A stretch of DNA of 64,000 nucleotides from Porphyridium purpureum (GCA_008690995.1 VRMN01000003.1:1116001-1180000); one strand, 5' to 3'. Positions 42,915 through 53,687 are shown, numbered from the stretch's first letter. The notes: a model not told the origin generated them from the sequence alone. Program-made: numbers and translations.

Positions 42915-44660
42915 TCAAGCGTCGTCTATCGCACGACGCTTGGCGACAACAGTTTGCATTTTTGCAGAGCGGCGCTTGCGGCCACGCATGATCGTCTCAT
43001 ACAGCTTCTGATGCTTTCGCGGCATCATCATCTTCGCGAGTTCCTTCTCTTCCGATTTAGCGTCCGCGGCAGCACGCGCATCCAGGACCTTCTCATCCTC
43101 TTCCTGTTCTTCCTCTGCAGAGGATCTAGATGAGCCGGCGCCGTCCTTCGCGCCTTCACCGGCGGGCATAGCATCATCCTCATGATCGTGACCATCCTCC
43201 CGCCGGGCGGGTAATTCAAGCCTGCCTTGCTTGACATGCGGCGCCTGTCCGAGCATGAATGCACTCTCCGCGAGAACGCTCGTATCGCCGGCTTTGATTC
43301 GTTCAATGAATTCGCTAAACGCAGGCCGGTATCCGTCTTCCTCTTCCTTTGTGAAGGGGCTCAAGTGAGGTGGGAGATGTGCGCCTGGGCTGTATAGAGA
43401 GACCGGGAGAAGAATGCCAGCATTCACCGAGTCGAAGATCCACTGCGGCTGCACATATTCCAAATCCACTCGCTTCTCACCTCGTAGCTTCGGACGATCT
43501 ACGACCCAGTGGGTAATCTTGCCTCGCACGCTTCCGACAGATCTACAATCTGTCTCGCACACAACACTTCCGCCAAAGCTTCGGATCACAAAGTCAAGGA
43601 CACTCATCGGGGTCTCTCGACCAAGGAAAAAGGACAGACCCGAAAACAGCAACGTCTTGCTGTCGTCTTCATTGTCCAGTTCGTCACCTCCATCTTGCGC
43701 ACCTGCCAATTCTTCCTCCTCATCGACCTGTTCCTGCGACCCCTCCTTTCGAGCAGCCGCCGCCATGACAGCCTGGACCGCGGCAGACACGCTTTCGTGG
43801 GAAACGGAAAGGCTCTTCCTGTCACGCTTCGACCTGCGCTTCTTTGCCATCTCACCGCCGGCATCTTGCTTAAGATCCGCGACCAAACCCGATTCCGCAG
43901 TGCCTGAGCGCAATTTGCTGAACACAGCGGCGGGAGGTGGATAGGAAAGACCCAAAGTGAGAAAGAGCTTGAAGTTGACAAAGCGCATGAGACACTCATA
44001 AAACTCAAGAAACGTGCCCATTACCTTGTAGTCCACATCTCGCGGCAGCTTCTGTGCAAACTTGTGCGGCTCTAGCCAGATAACCGTGACGCCCATCACT
44101 TCTGCTTCATAGTACATTCCTTTCACACTCGCAAACACTTTACGCAAGGAATGCGACTGCTGCACATACAACTGGAACTCACGAGCGAGATGGACGCAAT
44201 TTTTCACGCGGTCGGCGGAGATATGGCCGAGCGCTGGCAGCGAGGAGAACAAGAATATCATGCACAACGGGTCGTCAAGGTCTCGCAACGCGTCATGAAA
44301 TGTCGGATACCGTTCGCGCACAATATGATCCAGAGTGTACTTTGGCATAGACTCGCGCAACTGCTTGAGCGTTCCCGGCTCGCTTCGCGACTTGGCGCGG
44401 ATAATCTTGCGCTTTTGTACGCGTATCTGCCGAAAGATATCCAACAAGGGCTCCCGTGCAAGGAACTGTATATCTTTCGCCAAATAGTACGTCTTGAGCG
44501 GGCCTTCTGCCTTTTTCTTGGGGTCTCGCGGGTAAATACCCTTCAGAACACAGAGCCGTCGAAAGTCTGTGAGCGTCAGCTGCAGCTTCTTCAGCGCCTT
44601 CCCCCTCGTGATGTAATTTGTGGCGCTTCCGCGCGTGCCCTTTTTCAGCTTATTCTTCAT
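42915..44660 (-). CDS. PES1: Pescadillo homolog (PeBoW complex, 60S biogenesis)
   Basis: YITRGKALKKLQLTLTDFRRLCVLKGIYPRDP, ERYPTF.DALRDLDD, BRCT with YVQPQWIFDSVN, LPPHLSPF. Confidence 0.97.
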   Translation of the reverse strand: MKNKLKKGTRGSATNYITRGKALKKLQLTLTDFRRLCVLKGIYPRDPKKKAEGPLKTYYLAKDIQFLAREPLLDIFRQIRVQKRKIIRAKSRSEPGTLKQLRESMPKYTLDHIVRERYPTFHDALRDLDDPLCMIFLFSSLPALGHISADRVKNCVHLAREFQLYVQQSHSLRKVFASVKGMYYEAEVMGVTVIWLEPHKFAQKLPRDVDYKVMGTFLEFYECLMRFVNFKLFLTLGLSYPPPAAVFSKLRSGTAESGLVADLKQDAGGEMAKKRRSKRDRKSLSVSHESVSAAVQAVMAAAARKEGSQEQVDEEEELAGAQDGGDELDNEDDSKTLLFSGLSFFLGRETPMSVLDFVIRSFGGSVVCETDCRSVGSVRGKITHWVVDRPKLRGEKRVDLEYVQPQWIFDSVNAGILLPVSLYSPGAHLPPHLSPFTKEEEDGYRPAFSEFIERIKAGDTSVLAESAFMLGQAPHVKQGRLELPARREDGHDHEDDAMPAGEGAKDGAGSSRSSAEEEQEEDEKVLDARAAADAKSEEKELAKMMMPRKHQKLYETIMRGRKRRSAKMQTVVAKRRAIDDA

Positions 44661-44863
44661 GACGACTGTGTGGGCGTGTCCTCACCAGCCTGTGGCGTTT
44701 CCTTACGAGCGGCGTCCGCGGCAGATGTCTCTGCCAGTTGCTTAAACGTCTCGTTCCAAGTGTAAATTCCCGACGACACACCAAGCCCGATCCCTACAAC
44801 CCACGAAGTCCAGTGCGTGCGCACCAAACCAGCCTGGCGGAGAGTCCCTGACCTCCCGAACAT
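44657..44863 (-). CDS. Small single-TM protein (68 aa; 106 aa if started at 44977); stop overlaps the pescadillo ATG
   Basis: MFGRSG...WVVGIGLGVSSGIYTWNETFKQ resembles small mitochondrial membrane proteins (PIGBOS1-like pattern); TGA at 44659-44657. Confidence 0.55.
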   Translation of the reverse strand: MFGRSGTLRQAGLVRTHWTSWVVGIGLGVSSGIYTWNETFKQLAETSAADAARKETPQAGEDTPTQSS

Positions 44864-45095
44864 ATATACTTCCGTGACCGAGTGTCTCCGAGCGGCCACT
44901 TTCGGTTTACCTTCCCCCCACCCGTACGCGTTGCCGCGCGTCGTCTCACCGGCCGGCGTCCGTTTCCCGAACATCATTGTAATTTTGGAAGCAATTTAAA
45001 GCAGGAATTTGGGAAGTAATTCCGCGACTTGGAAAAGAAGTCCGAGTTGTGAAAGGTGAGATGGGACGCTTGATGTGCGGGCGGTGGCAGACAGG

Positions 45096-46457
45096 ATGAT
45101 AGAAGACGGGCAAGACGGAAATGGGTCGCCTCCGCCGCCGCCGCCACCTCCGCAACAGCCACCAGGAGAAGATGGGAAAGATGCAAAGCCGCGCTTCACG
45201 CCCAAGGTGCCGCCGAAGAAGAAACGGTCATCCGCCGCGCGACCTGCTGGATCGGTGGGGCCAGTGAGTTTGCAGGCGCAGGCCGAGCAACGCCGGTTGG
45301 AAGCGGAGAAAAGGGCTTCGCAGGATGCTGCCAAGGAGAAGCGCAGGCTGGAACTGAAGCAAAGCCGCATCTCCAGCAACGCTGCGTCGTCCAGCGGAAA
45401 GGTGGCGTTTCATCCACAACGACCCGGTGGTGGTCCAGCACGGGTTTCTGGCAAAGGAGGCTCATCGACTGGGGCTTTTGCTTCATCGTCGTCGAATGGC
45501 GCTGGAGGCTGTCCGAGATCCGCAGCCGAGATGGCTTCACAAACGGGTATGTTCAGCGAGTACGCCATCGTCAAGGATGAAGCCATGACAATACAAGATA
45601 CAGGATTTGCCCATGCCAAGGCGGAACCCGAACTTGCTGGGTCTGAAAGCGCCGCGCCACGATTTGGTACTGCTGTTCGTCCAGGGACATCCTCCAGATT
45701 TGCGGATGAAGAATACGAGGAAGAACCAGAAGACAGGCTGATCCCTCGAGGCACTTTCGAAGATCGGGAGGATGACGTTGCACTCGACTCGCAGAAACTG
45801 AGGCCTTGGGAATACGATGAGAGAGGGATTCTAGCTCCTCTTGAAATTTCTATTCAGAAAGAGAGTGAACTTTTGGATGGGCCTTCTGACGATACAAAGG
45901 CCTCCTTGGAAACGACCAAGTGCTCTGAATGCGAGTTTCCTCTCGGCTCCACTGCCCACGCGCTTTTGCATTCAATCAGTGCAGAGGACGAAACCAAGCA
46001 GAATCATTTAGTGCCCTGGATGATGCTACAAATTCCAGGCACATTACATGTCAAAGTGTCGTCGAATTTTAGGACAAGACAATGCAGTGGTCCGGACGCT
46101 CCGATGGACGCAACGGGAGAGATGGGATCAATCCGAGCCAAGGAAGAGCCGGGACTCGTTGACACGGGCGGTACTGCATTCACTGGAGATTTGAGCGGCT
46201 CACAATTACCTTCTGACTTGCGTGACTTTCCGAGCATGTTAAACTTTGCCAGGCTAGACATTCGAAGGTCGGGCAAAGTGGAACTCGTCTTTTGCGTCGA
46301 CGATACTACCGAAGCGGATGCGTCGACAAGACTCACGGTGCAGGACTTGGGGCCGAGTCTGAAAACACACCACTTGGTGCACTTGGATTTCGAAGGCAAG
46401 ACGTTGGCACCCCTGGGGCGCCTCACGCACGGCTTGTATGCAACCCCAGACAACTGA
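45096..46457 (+). CDS. RPC4: RNA polymerase III subunit RPC4/C53-like protein
   Basis: N-terminal KPRFTPKVP; C-terminal MLQIP...LRDFP...RLDIRRSGKVEL...LG......ATPD. Confidence 0.75.
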   Translation: MIEDGQDGNGSPPPPPPPPQQPPGEDGKDAKPRFTPKVPPKKKRSSAARPAGSVGPVSLQAQAEQRRLEAEKRASQDAAKEKRRLELKQSRISSNAASSSGKVAFHPQRPGGGPARVSGKGGSSTGAFASSSSNGAGGCPRSAAEMASQTGMFSEYAIVKDEAMTIQDTGFAHAKAEPELAGSESAAPRFGTAVRPGTSSRFADEEYEEEPEDRLIPRGTFEDREDDVALDSQKLRPWEYDERGILAPLEISIQKESELLDGPSDDTKASLETTKCSECEFPLGSTAHALLHSISAEDETKQNHLVPWMMLQIPGTLHVKVSSNFRTRQCSGPDAPMDATGEMGSIRAKEEPGLVDTGGTAFTGDLSGSQLPSDLRDFPSMLNFARLDIRRSGKVELVFCVDDTTEADASTRLTVQDLGPSLKTHHLVHLDFEGKTLAPLGRLTHGLYATPDN

Positions 46458-46480
46458 GCCTCTGCCCACTAAAGAATTTA

Positions 46481-47356
46481 CTAGAGCTTGCTATAAAGTT
46501 GCGGGACAATTTTGGCCAGGTCTGGCGGGGGCCACATCTTCTGCGGTTCAACGGCTGGGTCAAGACGGTATTTTACAAAATCCGTGAACCCCTTGGAGCG
46601 CAGGTACGGCTCGTCCAAGAGCATTTGACCATTCACTTGTGTTGTCGCCGGATCCTCCTGTACGAGTTCGCACACAGCGTCTGATAAAATGGATGCTTTC
46701 CGCCACTGGCTTCGCTCGCTCATGTTGAAATTCATGGTCGCGTACGACTCCACGAGCGTCACGGGCCACAGCGAGTTAATGGCGACGCCCTTGCCGGCGA
46801 CTTCTTTCGCGAGCCCGAGAGCAACCATGGTCATTCCATACTTGCTGATCAAGTAGGCGACCTTGCCTTTCATCCAGTCCAGTTCAATAGGAGGCGACAT
46901 GGTGATGATGTGACCGTAGCCTTGCTTGAGCATGATGGGGAGCACTGCGTGCACGCACGCAAATGTTCCCCTCACGTTCACCTCGTGCACCAGGTCATAC
47001 TTGCTCATGGGTGTCTGAACGACATCCTTCCACCACAGCGCACCGGAGTTGCACACCAGAATATCAATCCTGCCAAAGGCGCGCATTGTCTGCTCCACCA
47101 TGTTGAGCACATCTGCGTCGCTGCGCACATTGAGCTTGATGGGCAGCGCCTGGACGCCGAACGCCTCCGCCTCCTTCGCGACTGAGTAAATTGTGCCTGG
47201 CAAATTCGGCTGCTCGGTCTCGCTCTTCCCTGTAATCACGACATTGACGCCGCGGGCCGCGAGGTCGAGCGCAATCTGGCGCCCAATGCCACGACTGCTA
47301 CCGGTAACAATTGCCACGCGTCCGCGCAGCGACGCGTCTCCACTCGCCATCCCCAT
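46481..47356 (-). CDS. Peroxisomal short-chain dehydrogenase/reductase (HSDL2-like)
   Basis: TGSSRGIG, P.LPGTIYSVA.E, NVRGTF, MSPPI, Y..SKYGM, NSLWP.T; C-terminal SKL (PTS1). Confidence 0.93.
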   Translation of the reverse strand: MGMASGDASLRGRVAIVTGSSRGIGRQIALDLAARGVNVVITGKSETEQPNLPGTIYSVAKEAEAFGVQALPIKLNVRSDADVLNMVEQTMRAFGRIDILVCNSGALWWKDVVQTPMSKYDLVHEVNVRGTFACVHAVLPIMLKQGYGHIITMSPPIELDWMKGKVAYLISKYGMTMVALGLAKEVAGKGVAINSLWPVTLVESYATMNFNMSERSQWRKASILSDAVCELVQEDPATTQVNGQMLLDEPYLRSKGFTDFVKYRLDPAVEPQKMWPPPDLAKIVPQLYSKL

Positions 47357-47582
47357 TCTCTGTTCCGAAGCACGCACGCGTCCGTGCCTCGCCTTCCGCG
47401 CTGCACATTCGCGCTTCTGCGTCGCCACGCGCTTGAGCCGCCAGCACGCGGTACAGCGATCGAGGTACAGTTACTTGACAAAGATTCATAACTGTACATA
47501 GAGGTACAGTGTGTGCAGGTGCCAAAAGTCGGGCGCGATGCGTGTGAAGAAAGGAGAGGCGGGGTGGACGGCGACGTGAAAG

Positions 47583-50500
47583 ATGGAAGGTGCGCGACTC
47601 GACACAATGACGCTGGGCTTTGTGGTCTCTGCTGGGCCGTGCGCTGTCGCGCAGCTGCACGCGCGTCGTGTGCGACGCGTCAGTTTGGCGGCAAATGAGG
47701 CGACGGCTTGGCTGAGCGGCGAGCAGAATGCGCGGCAACCCACAGCATCGCGGCTGGCATCGCGAAGAGCGTTTCGCCGCCGCCGCTCGAGTGCTGTTGC
47801 AGGAGATCTGCAAATGATGTTTGCGATTCATGATCAGCCCGTGGACAGGGAGAGTTCAAACACCCTTTCGCGCCCCGTGCAACGTGAATATTCGATCGAT
47901 GCGCGGTCAGCTGGTGATCGAGAACAGCGCTTGCGTGACGTGCCGCGCTCGGCTCGGCTGATTGAGAGCAGTGTGCCGGATGCAAGCGATGAATTTGAGC
48001 CGCCTCTGGTGGAACTGACGTTTGATGATGAAAGCATGGACAACATGGAACAAGCGCGCTCGCGAGTTGGCGGTGACTTGCCTCAAATACGAGCATCCGT
48101 GCCAGTGCCTGAGCTTCCTCATGTGAATCAAGGAAGGTTGCGTAGTGGTGAAAGCAGTCTCGAGCATGGATATGATGGCATTCAACTAGATGCAAATACC
48201 CATGCTGAGGTTGTGTTGTCCGACAGTGAGCTCGTCGAGATGAGCTGCGCTGAGGCAAAAACCGAATTGACTGCCTTAGGCCTTGCGCTCACCCAGCAGT
48301 CGGAAAACATTCAGGTGACCTGGTTTGCGCGCCTGGATCGCGTAGTTAAGTCCACTGCGTTCGCAGATGCGGGGGTCTCGCACGAGTCGTTGCGTCTCCT
48401 TCGTCGCTGCAGTGCAGTGAGCGACAGACACTGCTCGGCGGTCCAGAGCTACGTAGACCATTTTCAGTTTTTCCCCTTTTGGAATGCACAGGTGCAACGT
48501 TACGCCGGCGAAATTGAGCTCGCTGCGTGGATCTCGAGCCTGGAACAGCTTGCTGCTCTGCGTCAGATTCCAAGCACTTCATTTTGCCGAGCGTTTCAGG
48601 AGCGCTTTGCTCTTGACAGTTCTAGCCTCGCGCCGCAGCAGCTGAAGAGTTTACTGCACTCAGCGGCCGAGCTGCAGCTGCGGCCGACATTGGGGGTCTC
48701 CTTCCTTCAGACCTGTGCCGCTTGTTGCGTGCAATTGACTCCCAATTTTTCTCCGTCACACTTCATCGATGTTGCGCGAGCATTTGCATGTCTAGATGTG
48801 CAACCAGGAGATGCATTTTGGGATTCCATGTTTGAGTGCTTACTGAAGGCGGAGGATGATGATCTTGATGTCACGACCATGTCTCGTTTACTTTGGGCGT
48901 GCGGACTTTTGCGTCGTCAACCTCCTGCGTGGTTCTGGACGAGATGGTGCGACGCTGCAAGCAAGATTAGCGACACGGGGACGTTGCCTTTCTTGGTCGA
49001 GGCCTTGTACGCCACAATTCGTCTCGGCCTTTTTGAGACGCACGGTTCAAGTGGCGCCGCTTCTCGCATCTCCCGAACTTTTTTCACTCTCTTCCATGAT
49101 ATGCTAGACGAGAAGCAGCGGCTCGACGAACGAAAATGGGGCTTCAGATTTTTGGTCGATTCTCTTCTGGTGGCCGCGCATCTGACGAAACAGAGTCAGT
49201 TGGACTCAGAATTGGAATCAGAATCAAACATCAACCCTAGGTCATCGAGCAAAAGCGGCAACCTGCTAGAACCCTTCCTGCAAGGATGGCATAATCTCTG
49301 CACCGACTTTTTTATTCGCCAGGAAACAAAGCAGGCGTTGGACTATGAATGGACCGCTGAGCTCACGGCTAGACTGTGGAGCGCGCTCGGTCTTGCAGGC
49401 TTTCGCCCACGTGATGATTTCTTCGGAAAAGCCATTGTGCGCCACACAAATCGCTTTCGTGCTTCCTTCACCGTGCACGAAGTCAGCGATGTTCTGATTG
49501 CTCATGCTCGTCTACGTATTCGCTCAAGTGACGCACTGTACCAGCACGCACTTGGATTCTTCGTCAATTTTGATGGAGATGCTGATCAACTTCCCGGTAC
49601 AGAGTCAAATGAGGAAATTCTAAGCATAGGCTTGACGCCTGCAAGTGCCAGCGATCTGTTGTGGGCATTCGCATACTCGGAAGTGCGGCCCTGGCCAGGC
49701 TTGATCGGGTACATTTATCGATTGTTCCGCTCGCGTCCAATGGACTTTGGCCCAACAGAACTATCATGCATTTTGTGGTCCTTGGGCCGTCTAGACGTTA
49801 TCGTCTGGGAACCATTTTTAGAGGAATGGTACGCCCAGTTTAACCGAGTCGTGACGGCAGCGGACGCGGTACCAGAGCGGCAATTTTCCACGGACGAACT
49901 GTCCGATTTGATGTATGGCTTCGCACGACTTCGCGTCAATCCTCGGAAGGACTTTTTAAGCAAGTGGGCCAAAGCAATCAGACGTGATCTGGCGACGCAA
50001 GCCAGTACGCGCGTCGTCGCTAACCTCATGTGGTCGTTTTCCGTGCTCGGAATCAAACCGGCAGAAGGATTCTTCAAACACTGGTACAAAGCGGCGGTGC
50101 GGAATCGCGGCCTGTTTTCGGTCAGCGAGCTGACAAATACCATGTACGCGTTCGGACGGTTAACCATTCTTCCGAGGGAAGAGTGGATGAGTTTATTTTT
50201 TGAGGCTTTCTCGCACGGTGCGGCGCGTTGGACGCCGTACTCCCTGGTGACTGTCTTCTGCGCACTTGCGAGGCTGAAGATACGCCCAACGGCCGACTTT
50301 ATGGAGCGATGGTACAGCGAGTATTTTCGCCTGGAGGATGAATTTACTTGCGTGCATCTGGGTGAGTCATTCTGGGCGTTTGCGGTGATTGAAATTATGC
50401 CGCGTTTTGATTGGGTGGCGTCCTTTGAGCGTCAGTTTGATCGCATGCAGCAAACGGCAAGTCCACCTGCTCTGGTGAATGCTATGTACGGCTTTAGTGT

Positions 50501-51191
50501 GTTGGGGCTGTTTCCTAGTGCCGCATTTGTAGATGTGTGGTATTCAATCTTTGAGCGGGAGCAGTATTTCTTTTCAGTGCGCCAAATTCTCGACGCACGT
50601 CGGGGCTTTGAGCGTTTGGACCTTGTCGTCCGGCCAGTAATTGATGAGAGAGCAGCCTTCTTGTTGGGGCTCGGCAATGCGCCGCTATCTTCGCCGAGTA
50701 TGTCTCCTGAACGAGAAGACTCGCCCGCGCAAGAAATAACAAGTGGTCCTCAACGCGGTGAGGTGAAAGAGCGGAACCTGAGCAACGAAGAAAAGCAGAA
50801 CTTGCAGTCCACATCATTACTGCTGAAGTACCCAGCCATCAAGACAGAAGATAGATCTGAGCGAGCCACCGACAAGAGCACAACGCGCAGTGCGCGGAAT
50901 GGCGATGCCGTGGGATCGCTTGAGCGAAGGAGGTCCACGCCTTCGCCAAGCCAGCCGAAAAGCAGTCGAGCGCGGGAAGCCTTTATTGAGCGACATTACA
51001 GGCGTGAACTGGCGGGGCTCCAGACGCGAGTAGAGACAGTCGAGTCGCTGATCCGAGTGCCAGACTCGGATCCTGCCCACACAGTTTCTGCCGATCAAGA
51101 TGTTCCAGATCTCAAGGACGAGGATGATCTTCTCTTAGAAGAATATGATGTCGACGGATCCGTTCAGGAAGAGCACCAGTTTCCTACATAG
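47583..51191 (+). CDS. Octotricopeptide-repeat (OPR) organellar RNA-binding protein
   Basis: 38-aa periodic repeats, e.g. VANLMWSFSVLGIKPAEGFFKHWYKAAVRNRGLFSVSE followed by LTNTMYAFGRL; transit-like N-terminus (LGFVVS, Arg/Ala/Ser-rich). Confidence 0.87.
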   Translation: MEGARLDTMTLGFVVSAGPCAVAQLHARRVRRVSLAANEATAWLSGEQNARQPTASRLASRRAFRRRRSSAVAGDLQMMFAIHDQPVDRESSNTLSRPVQREYSIDARSAGDREQRLRDVPRSARLIESSVPDASDEFEPPLVELTFDDESMDNMEQARSRVGGDLPQIRASVPVPELPHVNQGRLRSGESSLEHGYDGIQLDANTHAEVVLSDSELVEMSCAEAKTELTALGLALTQQSENIQVTWFARLDRVVKSTAFADAGVSHESLRLLRRCSAVSDRHCSAVQSYVDHFQFFPFWNAQVQRYAGEIELAAWISSLEQLAALRQIPSTSFCRAFQERFALDSSSLAPQQLKSLLHSAAELQLRPTLGVSFLQTCAACCVQLTPNFSPSHFIDVARAFACLDVQPGDAFWDSMFECLLKAEDDDLDVTTMSRLLWACGLLRRQPPAWFWTRWCDAASKISDTGTLPFLVEALYATIRLGLFETHGSSGAASRISRTFFTLFHDMLDEKQRLDERKWGFRFLVDSLLVAAHLTKQSQLDSELESESNINPRSSSKSGNLLEPFLQGWHNLCTDFFIRQETKQALDYEWTAELTARLWSALGLAGFRPRDDFFGKAIVRHTNRFRASFTVHEVSDVLIAHARLRIRSSDALYQHALGFFVNFDGDADQLPGTESNEEILSIGLTPASASDLLWAFAYSEVRPWPGLIGYIYRLFRSRPMDFGPTELSCILWSLGRLDVIVWEPFLEEWYAQFNRVVTAADAVPERQFSTDELSDLMYGFARLRVNPRKDFLSKWAKAIRRDLATQASTRVVANLMWSFSVLGIKPAEGFFKHWYKAAVRNRGLFSVSELTNTMYAFGRLTILPREEWMSLFFEAFSHGAARWTPYSLVTVFCALARLKIRPTADFMERWYSEYFRLEDEFTCVHLGESFWAFAVIEIMPRFDWVASFERQFDRMQQTASPPALVNAMYGFSVLGLFPSAAFVDVWYSIFEREQYFFSVRQILDARRGFERLDLVVRPVIDERAAFLLGLGNAPLSSPSMSPEREDSPAQEITSGPQRGEVKERNLSNEEKQNLQSTSLLLKYPAIKTEDRSERATDKSTTRSARNGDAVGSLERRRSTPSPSQPKSSRAREAFIERHYRRELAGLQTRVETVESLIRVPDSDPAHTVSADQDVPDLKDEDDLLLEEYDVDGSVQEEHQFPT

Positions 51192-51400
51192 TAGGCGCAC
51201 ATGTCAGGCGGAGTGCGCAGAAGGCTCGGTTCATATCCTGCGGGCTTTCGGGCTGTCTTCTGCGTGAGCAAGATGCTACGGAATTCCATAAAATGAGCTT
51301 TTCTTGGCATTATCAAATCTGACTAATTTCAAAGAAGATTGCAAAGCACGGAACCAAACCAAACCAACATGACGCATCGACAAAGACAAGGTAAATCGAT

Positions 51401-52771
51401 TTAAAAGTACCAACCGGGTGCTTCCATATTCCGTTTAGACATCCATCGAGAAAACCGCTCGATCCAAGATGGCGAACGGTCGAAGTCTGGATTCTTCTCG
51501 ACGCCCTCATTCCCGGCAAGGGACGGCGTCGAAGAATTTCCAGACACAGCCTTCCGATACATTGTACGAAGGGCAAATATGAGTGTGCCCATCAGCGCTA
51601 CGGCACCGCCCAGCATCAGGACCGTTTTCCAACAGCTAAATGCGGAGACAAAACTTCCCTGCTCGCACAGCACTTTGAGGTGTTGCAGCGTCCTGCAAAT
51701 AGGCGACCACACAAGCGCGGCTGCCGGAGATTGAGCCGCGAAGGATTGCGCGCGCGCGATCAAGGAGTCCCCCAGACATGGAAGCCCGACTGCACCAGCT
51801 GCACTTGTTACTGATTTGCGGAATCCAAGTTTCCCTCCCAGCCACAGCAGCATTGATTCAATTTTCAAGACCAGAAAACTGCCATGCTGAAATGCCAGTC
51901 GAAGATCAGCGAGACGCTGTTCGGTCCAATAACCCGTGTCAGAAGCAGAAGAGCAAGGAACGGACACCGAATCATCTGTTTGATTGTGATCTGAACTGGC
52001 GCCGGAACTTAGTACATCCAGCGTGTCGCCATGACAGAGGCCTAGCTGGTCCAATGTCATTTGTCCATCGCCGCGTGGAAGCAAGCGTCCGCTCTTTTCC
52101 AGCTCGAACTCACCCGTCACTGCGCAGATGAACTGAACCAGTTGCCGGAGTTCTGTCAGTGGGAGACGCTCCCTCACAGAAATGCTCTCCGTGCGAACCT
52201 TGTGTGCGCCAACATATACGTCAGCGCGCAATGTCATCAGAGAACCAAGACTTTCAAAGTCTACATCCAAGCGCGGGATTAGGTGGCCTTCACGACGCGA
52301 GCGCAAGAGCACTAGCTGAATGACGGAAACCTCCTCCACAGGGACATTTCTCGCGTTGCTGTTCGGTGCGTCGGTCTCATCCTGAATCAAGTCGTGCAGT
52401 GACACCATGTCCGGGTTTGGCACGAGCGCCCCGCGGTGAAGCACGACGCATGGACACTGCCCAGTCGCGTCTGCAGCCAGCGCGTTCCCAGGGATTCGCA
52501 TGTTGCGGCAAAGGGCCAATACATGGGAAACTGGCGCGCGAGCACTCACCTCCACATGCACGGGAGTCAACTGCCACTCATTGTCCAACTCTCCGTTCGC
52601 GCTTGCGCGCGTCTCCACAAGCGCAACAACATGGACAGTCCTCGGCCGAGTCTCCACAACACATGAGGTGGCACCTTCGGCGGAAGCCGCAACAGAACCT
52701 GCGACAGCGCCTGCAGCAGAACCTGCAGCTGAAGCGCTGCAGACCGAGGCGCTGGACACGCAGTCCGCCAT
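51401..52771 (-). CDS. Protein with ubiquitin-like domain(s) and a C-terminal transmembrane helix
   Basis: Ubl-like segment LTELRQLV...GRLLP..DGQMTLDQLGLCHGDTLDVL; a second weaker Ubl-like segment; TM TVLMLGGAVALMGTLIFAL. Confidence 0.7.
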   Translation of the reverse strand: MADCVSSASVCSASAAGSAAGAVAGSVAASAEGATSCVVETRPRTVHVVALVETRASANGELDNEWQLTPVHVEVSARAPVSHVLALCRNMRIPGNALAADATGQCPCVVLHRGALVPNPDMVSLHDLIQDETDAPNSNARNVPVEEVSVIQLVLLRSRREGHLIPRLDVDFESLGSLMTLRADVYVGAHKVRTESISVRERLPLTELRQLVQFICAVTGEFELEKSGRLLPRGDGQMTLDQLGLCHGDTLDVLSSGASSDHNQTDDSVSVPCSSASDTGYWTEQRLADLRLAFQHGSFLVLKIESMLLWLGGKLGFRKSVTSAAGAVGLPCLGDSLIARAQSFAAQSPAAALVWSPICRTLQHLKVLCEQGSFVSAFSCWKTVLMLGGAVALMGTLIFALRTMYRKAVSGNSSTPSLAGNEGVEKNPDFDRSPSWIERFSRWMSKRNMEAPGWYF

Positions 52772-52985
52772 GTCGAGTCACGCGTATCCGACTGCCCGCC
52801 TTCTCCCCCTTTCAGCCCCTTGCGTGATTTTCTTCAACTGCGACTTGTAAGGGACGCTCAATGACACATTACAATTAAACGCATTCCAGAGAAACCAAAA
52901 GTGCTCTTGTGCCAGGGGGGATGTGGCGATAGGTCGTGTGAGAGCGGACGACGTGGTACCGGCGAGAAGTCCACAACAAGGCAAA

Positions 52986-53537
52986 TTACTTGGCAGACGT
53001 CTCATTGATGGGCGTCGCAGCAGGAGCAAACTGCTTGCCATATGCGTATTCGTCGCTTGGTAGCGAATCCGGCTCGGTGAGATTGAGCCTCACGTAGATT
53101 CTGCCGTCGCCTCGCTGTTGAACGTCGTGTGTGCGCTGCCGTTTCCCCTTGGACGCGATCTTATAGTTTAGGTCGGTGTAGAGTCCCTCACCAGTGCTCA
53201 GATCAAGCTTGTAACTGTGCCACGGACACACGACGCATTCCCGCCCAGCCACATCTTCGATGTTACCTGCAGTGAGCGGCCCGCCTGCGTGGTAGCAAAC
53301 CGAGTCGACGCAGTACAATTTCCCGCCACGCCCACGAATGACCGAGACATGTCGCCCGTTCACCTTGAGATGCAGGCGAGTCCCGCGTCTGGGTGGCAGT
53401 GTGATGGAGTCATGCACACATACGAAACCGTCCTCATCCACTCGCGCATTCTCGTCCACTTCAATGACCGACGGTGCGGCGGACATCCTGATGCCAGACT
53501 GCGTGCCGCTTTCTTTGTTTCCTGCCCCACGACCCAT
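52986..53537 (-). CDS. Rieske [2Fe-2S] domain protein (RFESD-like)
   Basis: CYHAGGPL...CPWH ligand motifs; start 53537 or 53486. Confidence 0.9.
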   Translation of the reverse strand: MGRGAGNKESGTQSGIRMSAAPSVIEVDENARVDEDGFVCVHDSITLPPRRGTRLHLKVNGRHVSVIRGRGGKLYCVDSVCYHAGGPLTAGNIEDVAGRECVVCPWHSYKLDLSTGEGLYTDLNYKIASKGKRQRTHDVQQRGDGRIYVRLNLTEPDSLPSDEYAYGKQFAPAATPINETSAK

Positions 53538-53687
53538 GGGCTCGTCCACTTGTTGTCACGCGTGTCACCAGAGACGCCCGTGCGAGTCCGCGCACGCGAT
53601 CCGATCGAATTTGAAGAACTTTGCGGCGGATCGTTGTCCAGGTCGCCCAGCAGCAGGCTTGGGGACAACGAGAAGGGCAGAGACCAC

